From Octopus bimaculoides (Eukaryota): a stretch of 36,638 nt of DNA. Below are positions 32,760-36,638 of the stretch, in pieces. The stretch is from assembly GCF_001194135.2 (NCBI RefSeq), contig NC_069006.1, positions 2,195,716 to 2,232,353 of the forward strand, given 5' to 3'. The first letter of the stretch is position 1, and every line of letters starts with the position of its first letter. Under the pieces are notes generated by a model. The model was not told the DNA's origin, did not search any database, and saw nothing but the letters and a program-made list of their open reading frames with translations. A program made the position numbers and the translations under genes.

Positions 32760-34826
32760 GGCAAATGGTTGATATAGCAGTAGGAGGTAGTTGTTATAGC
32801 AGTGGGATGGTAGTTGGATTGGCAGTAGGAAAACAGTTGCTGCTGCAGTAAGATAGCAGCTAGTGTGGCAGTAGGATGGCAGCTGGAATGGTGGTGCTTT
32901 CTTTTGACATTCAAACTAACTTTGGTGACATCCTTTATTTCTCAAGATTTCCCACCCTTAAAACAACACAACACCCTACTACAAAAAACCAAAAACAAAC
33001 TGATCCTACCACCATCACCACAACCACCACCACTGCCACCGCCACCACCGCTGCATGCTACAGAAGCCCATTTCTGTACTACATCCCGAGCTGTTTCATC
33101 AATGATGTTCAAAGTACAGTACCGGAACTGACACTTCCGCCTTCAGTAGTGGTAGTAGCATTTGTGGTGGTGGTGGTGGCGGCAGTGGTGTTGGTGTTGG
33201 TGTTGGGAGTGGGTGTGTTGGTGGTCATGATGTTGGTAGTGGTGGTGCTGCTGCCAGTGTCGATGATAATGATAGTGGTGTTGGTTGTGGTGGTGGTGGT
33301 GGTGGTGGTGGTGGTGGTTGTCGATGGTCTTTCGTGGTGTTGGTGCAGCTGGTAGTTGGTGGGGGTAAGAAAATGGTAGGGGGTGGATCATCCTTAATGC
33401 AGAGCAGGTTGTGGTGGTGGTGGTGGTGGTGGAGGGGGGATTGACAGTGGAATATGTAATTTTTAGGTCAGGCCCTAACTTGAAATACATTTGGATGCAT
33501 TTGTGTGTGTGTGTGTATGTATGTATGTATATTGGTTATTCCATTTCACAGTGGTGTGAGCATACATACATTAATTATCCATCTATACATACCTACATAT
33601 ATGCATATACACACGCACACATATTAGTGGGTAAACATACACACATATATACACGTACACACACACATACATGCACATACATACACACTCAAAATGGCTG
33701 TGTTTAAGAATTTCGTTTTGCAACCCCTGTGGCTCTACATTCGGTCCCATTGCAAATTATTTTGGTAGTACCTCAACATGGCCACAGTTTAATAAATGAA
33801 AGCCCAAAAGAAAGTTAAGCATGTGTGTGTGTGTATATTCTTTTTTTTTCTTTTATTCTTTTATTTGTTTCACTCATTTGACTGCAGCCATGCTGGAGCA
33901 CCACCTTTAGTCGAGCAAATCGACCCCAGGACTTATTCTTTGTAAGCCTAGTACTTGTTCTATCGGTCTCTCTTGCCGAACCACTAAGTGACAGGGACGT
34001 AAACACACCAGCATCAGTTGTCAAACGATGTTGGGGGGGGGGGGACAAACACAGACACACAAACATGTAGCCTGTTGCTTGTGGTTAGTGGTACTGCAGG
34101 TCTTCTGAAGTCTCTCCCTATAATATAATGTATTGTTGCCTATAGTCTATGGTTCATAGTATGGTCAGATATTCCATGGGTGTTCTAAGGCATGAACTGG
34201 CAGCAACGTTAGCACGCCAGGCAAAATGCTTAGCGGTATTTCACCTGTCCTTAAGTTCTGAGTTCAAATCCTTCTGAGGTCAACTGTCTTTTATCCTTTC
34301 AGGGTCAATAAATTAAGTACCAGTTGCATACTGGGGTTGATGTAATCGACTGGCCCCCTCCCTCCATATTTCGGGCCTTGTGCCGAGAGTAGAAAAGATT
34401 GTGTAGGTGCTCTGAAGTCTCCTCCTCTACAAAAAGGTACTATATTAGTAATGTTTTCTGATTCGAATCAGTAATCAGTCAAAATTAGTCAACAACACAC
34501 ACACATTTTTGTTTATCTTTATATAGAAAGTTGTTCCAATATATACACTTTATGTATGTGGTGGTGTGGCGGGATTCATAGGTGTGTTTGTGAACTTCAT
34601 ACGATTTTTTCCACTTTTAATCAGAAGAGGTTACTGAAATCAGTGTCAAGGGTCTCAAGAGTTTAATGCCGAACATTTATCTCTTTCAGAAGTGCCATGC
34701 ATGAAACTCCTGACCCCTGAGTCATTTTTGTAATTTTTTGCTGATTAATAATAATAATAATGATAATAATAAATAATAATAATAATAAATAATAATAATA
34801 TTAATAATAATAATAATAAAATAATA

Positions 34827-35237
34827 GGCGCAGGAGTGGCTGTGTGGTAAGTATCTTGCTTACCAACCACATGGTTCTGGGTTCAGTCCCACTGCGTAAC
34901 ACCCTGGGCAAGTGTCTTCTACTGTAGCCTCAGGCCGACCAAAGCCTTGTGAGTGGATTTGGTAGACGGAAACTGAAAGAAGCCCGTTGTATATATGTAT
35001 ATGTATGTATGTGTGTGTATTTGTTTGTGTGTCCGTGTTTGTCCCCCCAACATCGCTTGACAACCAATGCTGGTGTGTTTAGGTCCCCGTAACTTAGCGG
35101 TTCGGCAAAAGGGGACCGATAGAATAAGTACTGGGCTTACAAAGAATAAGTCCTGGGATTGATTTGCTCGACTAAAAGGCAGTGCTCCAGCATGGCCACA
35201 GTCAAATGACTGAAACAAGTAAAAGAGTAAAAGAGTA
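34827..35237 (+). mobile_element. SINE family A, full length (reference copy)
   Basis: tRNA-like head with Pol III A/B-box-like motifs, ctgggcaagtgtctt central motif, internal (TA)/(TG) tract, tail (gtaaaaga)n. Confidence 0.9.
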
Positions 35238-35245
35238 ATAATAAA

Positions 35246-35319
35246 TGCCTGGATGAAGTACCAAGCAGTGGCTCTCATGGCTTCTGATCTTAATTGATTG
35301 GAAGTGTTCTCATGTACAT
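35246..35319 (-). mobile_element. Repeat 'E', 74 bp terminal fragment in opposite orientation
   Basis: Reverse complement matches the last 74 bp of copy 1 with 4 substitutions; adjoins the tail of a family-A SINE. Confidence 0.8.
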
Positions 35320-36240
35320 ATATTCAAAAGATTGTGCTCATGGGAACTGCCCATATCCTACGTAAAATACTGTATATGTAATCTGAAATATAATGTGTAT
35401 ATCCATTCGAAATGAATGGATATACACATTATATCATTGTTTGAACACACATACACACACACACCTATGCACAAACTTAACACAATTTATATATGAGATA
35501 GGATTCTTTCAGTTTCCATCTACCAGATTCATTTATGAAACTTTGCTCAGCTGGGGTGCTGCATACAGATTGAAACTAAAGCCATGTGGTTTGGAGAAGC
35601 TTTAACTTACATTCATATGAAACAGTTTCCATAAATGACACATGTGACTCCAATTGAATGTGTTGAGTTACATTTTCTTTTGTTTGTCCACTCATTCATA
35701 GCTCTGTCTCTCTGTCTCTCTCTCCCTGTACATGTATATATATAAGAAATCTGTGAGTGGAACAGTGAAAATATGCAAAACTTTTCTAAAGTTCCAAATC
35801 TGAATTTGTCTGTGTTGATTACATCCCAAAGATGGAGCCTTGTATCTTTGTTGGAAACCAGCTCCCTCCTCAGTGGAACATTTATAATAATTGAAAAATA
35901 GAAGAGACATACATACGCATATATATATATATGTATATATATTTATACATACACATATACATACATACAAAGTTATTTGAACACATACACATTCGTGTAA
36001 GAATATAGGCATGTATATATATGATCTATCTATCTATCTATCAATCAATCTCTCTCTATATATATATGCATGCACACATATATACATATACATCTATATG
36101 TATGTATTTATATATATATATATACAGATATACGTGTATATACATTTCCTTACATACACACATGCACAGATGTATGTGTGTGTGTGTGTGTGTGTAAATA
36201 TGTGTGTGAGTGTGTGTGTGTATGCATATATGTACATATA

Positions 36241-36288
<48 letters not shown>

Positions 36289-36435
36289 CACGCACATATC
36301 AGAAACCCCCTCTCTCACACACACATACACACACACAATGCACGTGTAACATATTTATAATCATTCATATATGTGCATACACATGTACTCATTCATATAC
36401 AGACACATCTTGTCCTCAATTCTTTTCCCCCACAG

Positions 36436-36530
36436 AGGGGCAGGGCATGCCACCATCCAACGAATCCCCCCCCCCCGCTACCTATCTCCGCGTGTTCCGC
36501 TCCAGCACTGGAGTGTATCATAACTGTAAT
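36436..36530 (+). CDS. Candidate downstream exon, frame and 3' end undetermined
   Basis: Strong acceptor tcttgtcctcaattcttttcccccacag followed by a GC/CpG-rich island between microsatellites; no clear donor. Confidence 0.35.
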
Positions 36531-36638
36531 TGATTTCACTTCGTTCGCAACGCACTGTAATTCGTTACTGTGCATTAGCACACATGCAGACACACACACA
36601 CACACACACACATATACATATATATATTTATATATATA

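Noticed and set aside
951-35278. Recurrent similar peptides such as [11 protein letters not shown]...[11 protein letters not shown] and [14 protein letters not shown]
   Set aside because: They are chance frames through SINE family A; copies differ by many replacements and frameshifts, unlike the repeat-E ORF.
398-36611. Most ORFs in the track (poly-YI, HT, CV, poly-V/T/L/K/R)
   Set aside because: They are translations of di- and trinucleotide microsatellites, not genes.

Overview
AT-rich, microsatellite- and repeat-dense animal genomic DNA; the SINE/MITE families look like those of Octopus (inference from recalled repeats, not a search). The only host gene supported is a + strand, multi-exon PTB-domain adaptor resembling SH2D5. 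Six coding exons (312-392, 4556-4630, 6542-6688, 12186-12527, 14006-14401, 30242-30927) splice in frame through GT-AG introns. The start codon and the expected SH2 domain are not seen. Introns hold several tRNA-derived SINE families, RTE and probable CR1/L2 LINE remnants, an internally deleted Tc1/mariner element, MITEs, Penelope-like fold-back insertions and a tRNA-Thr pseudogene. Most listed ORFs are microsatellite or SINE artefacts. The three best leads are: (1) a ~550 bp (AAT)n-embedded repeat whose two copies differ by ~16% upstream but encode an identical 66-aa peptide with 7/7 synonymous differences; (2) an apparently intact minimal hammerhead ribozyme in host-sense orientation whose core is covered by a perfect 43 bp upstream inverted repeat; (3) a SINE group in which two heads and two tails occur in all four combinations. 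Four N gaps limit interpretation locally. All alignments, counts and folds were done by eye.
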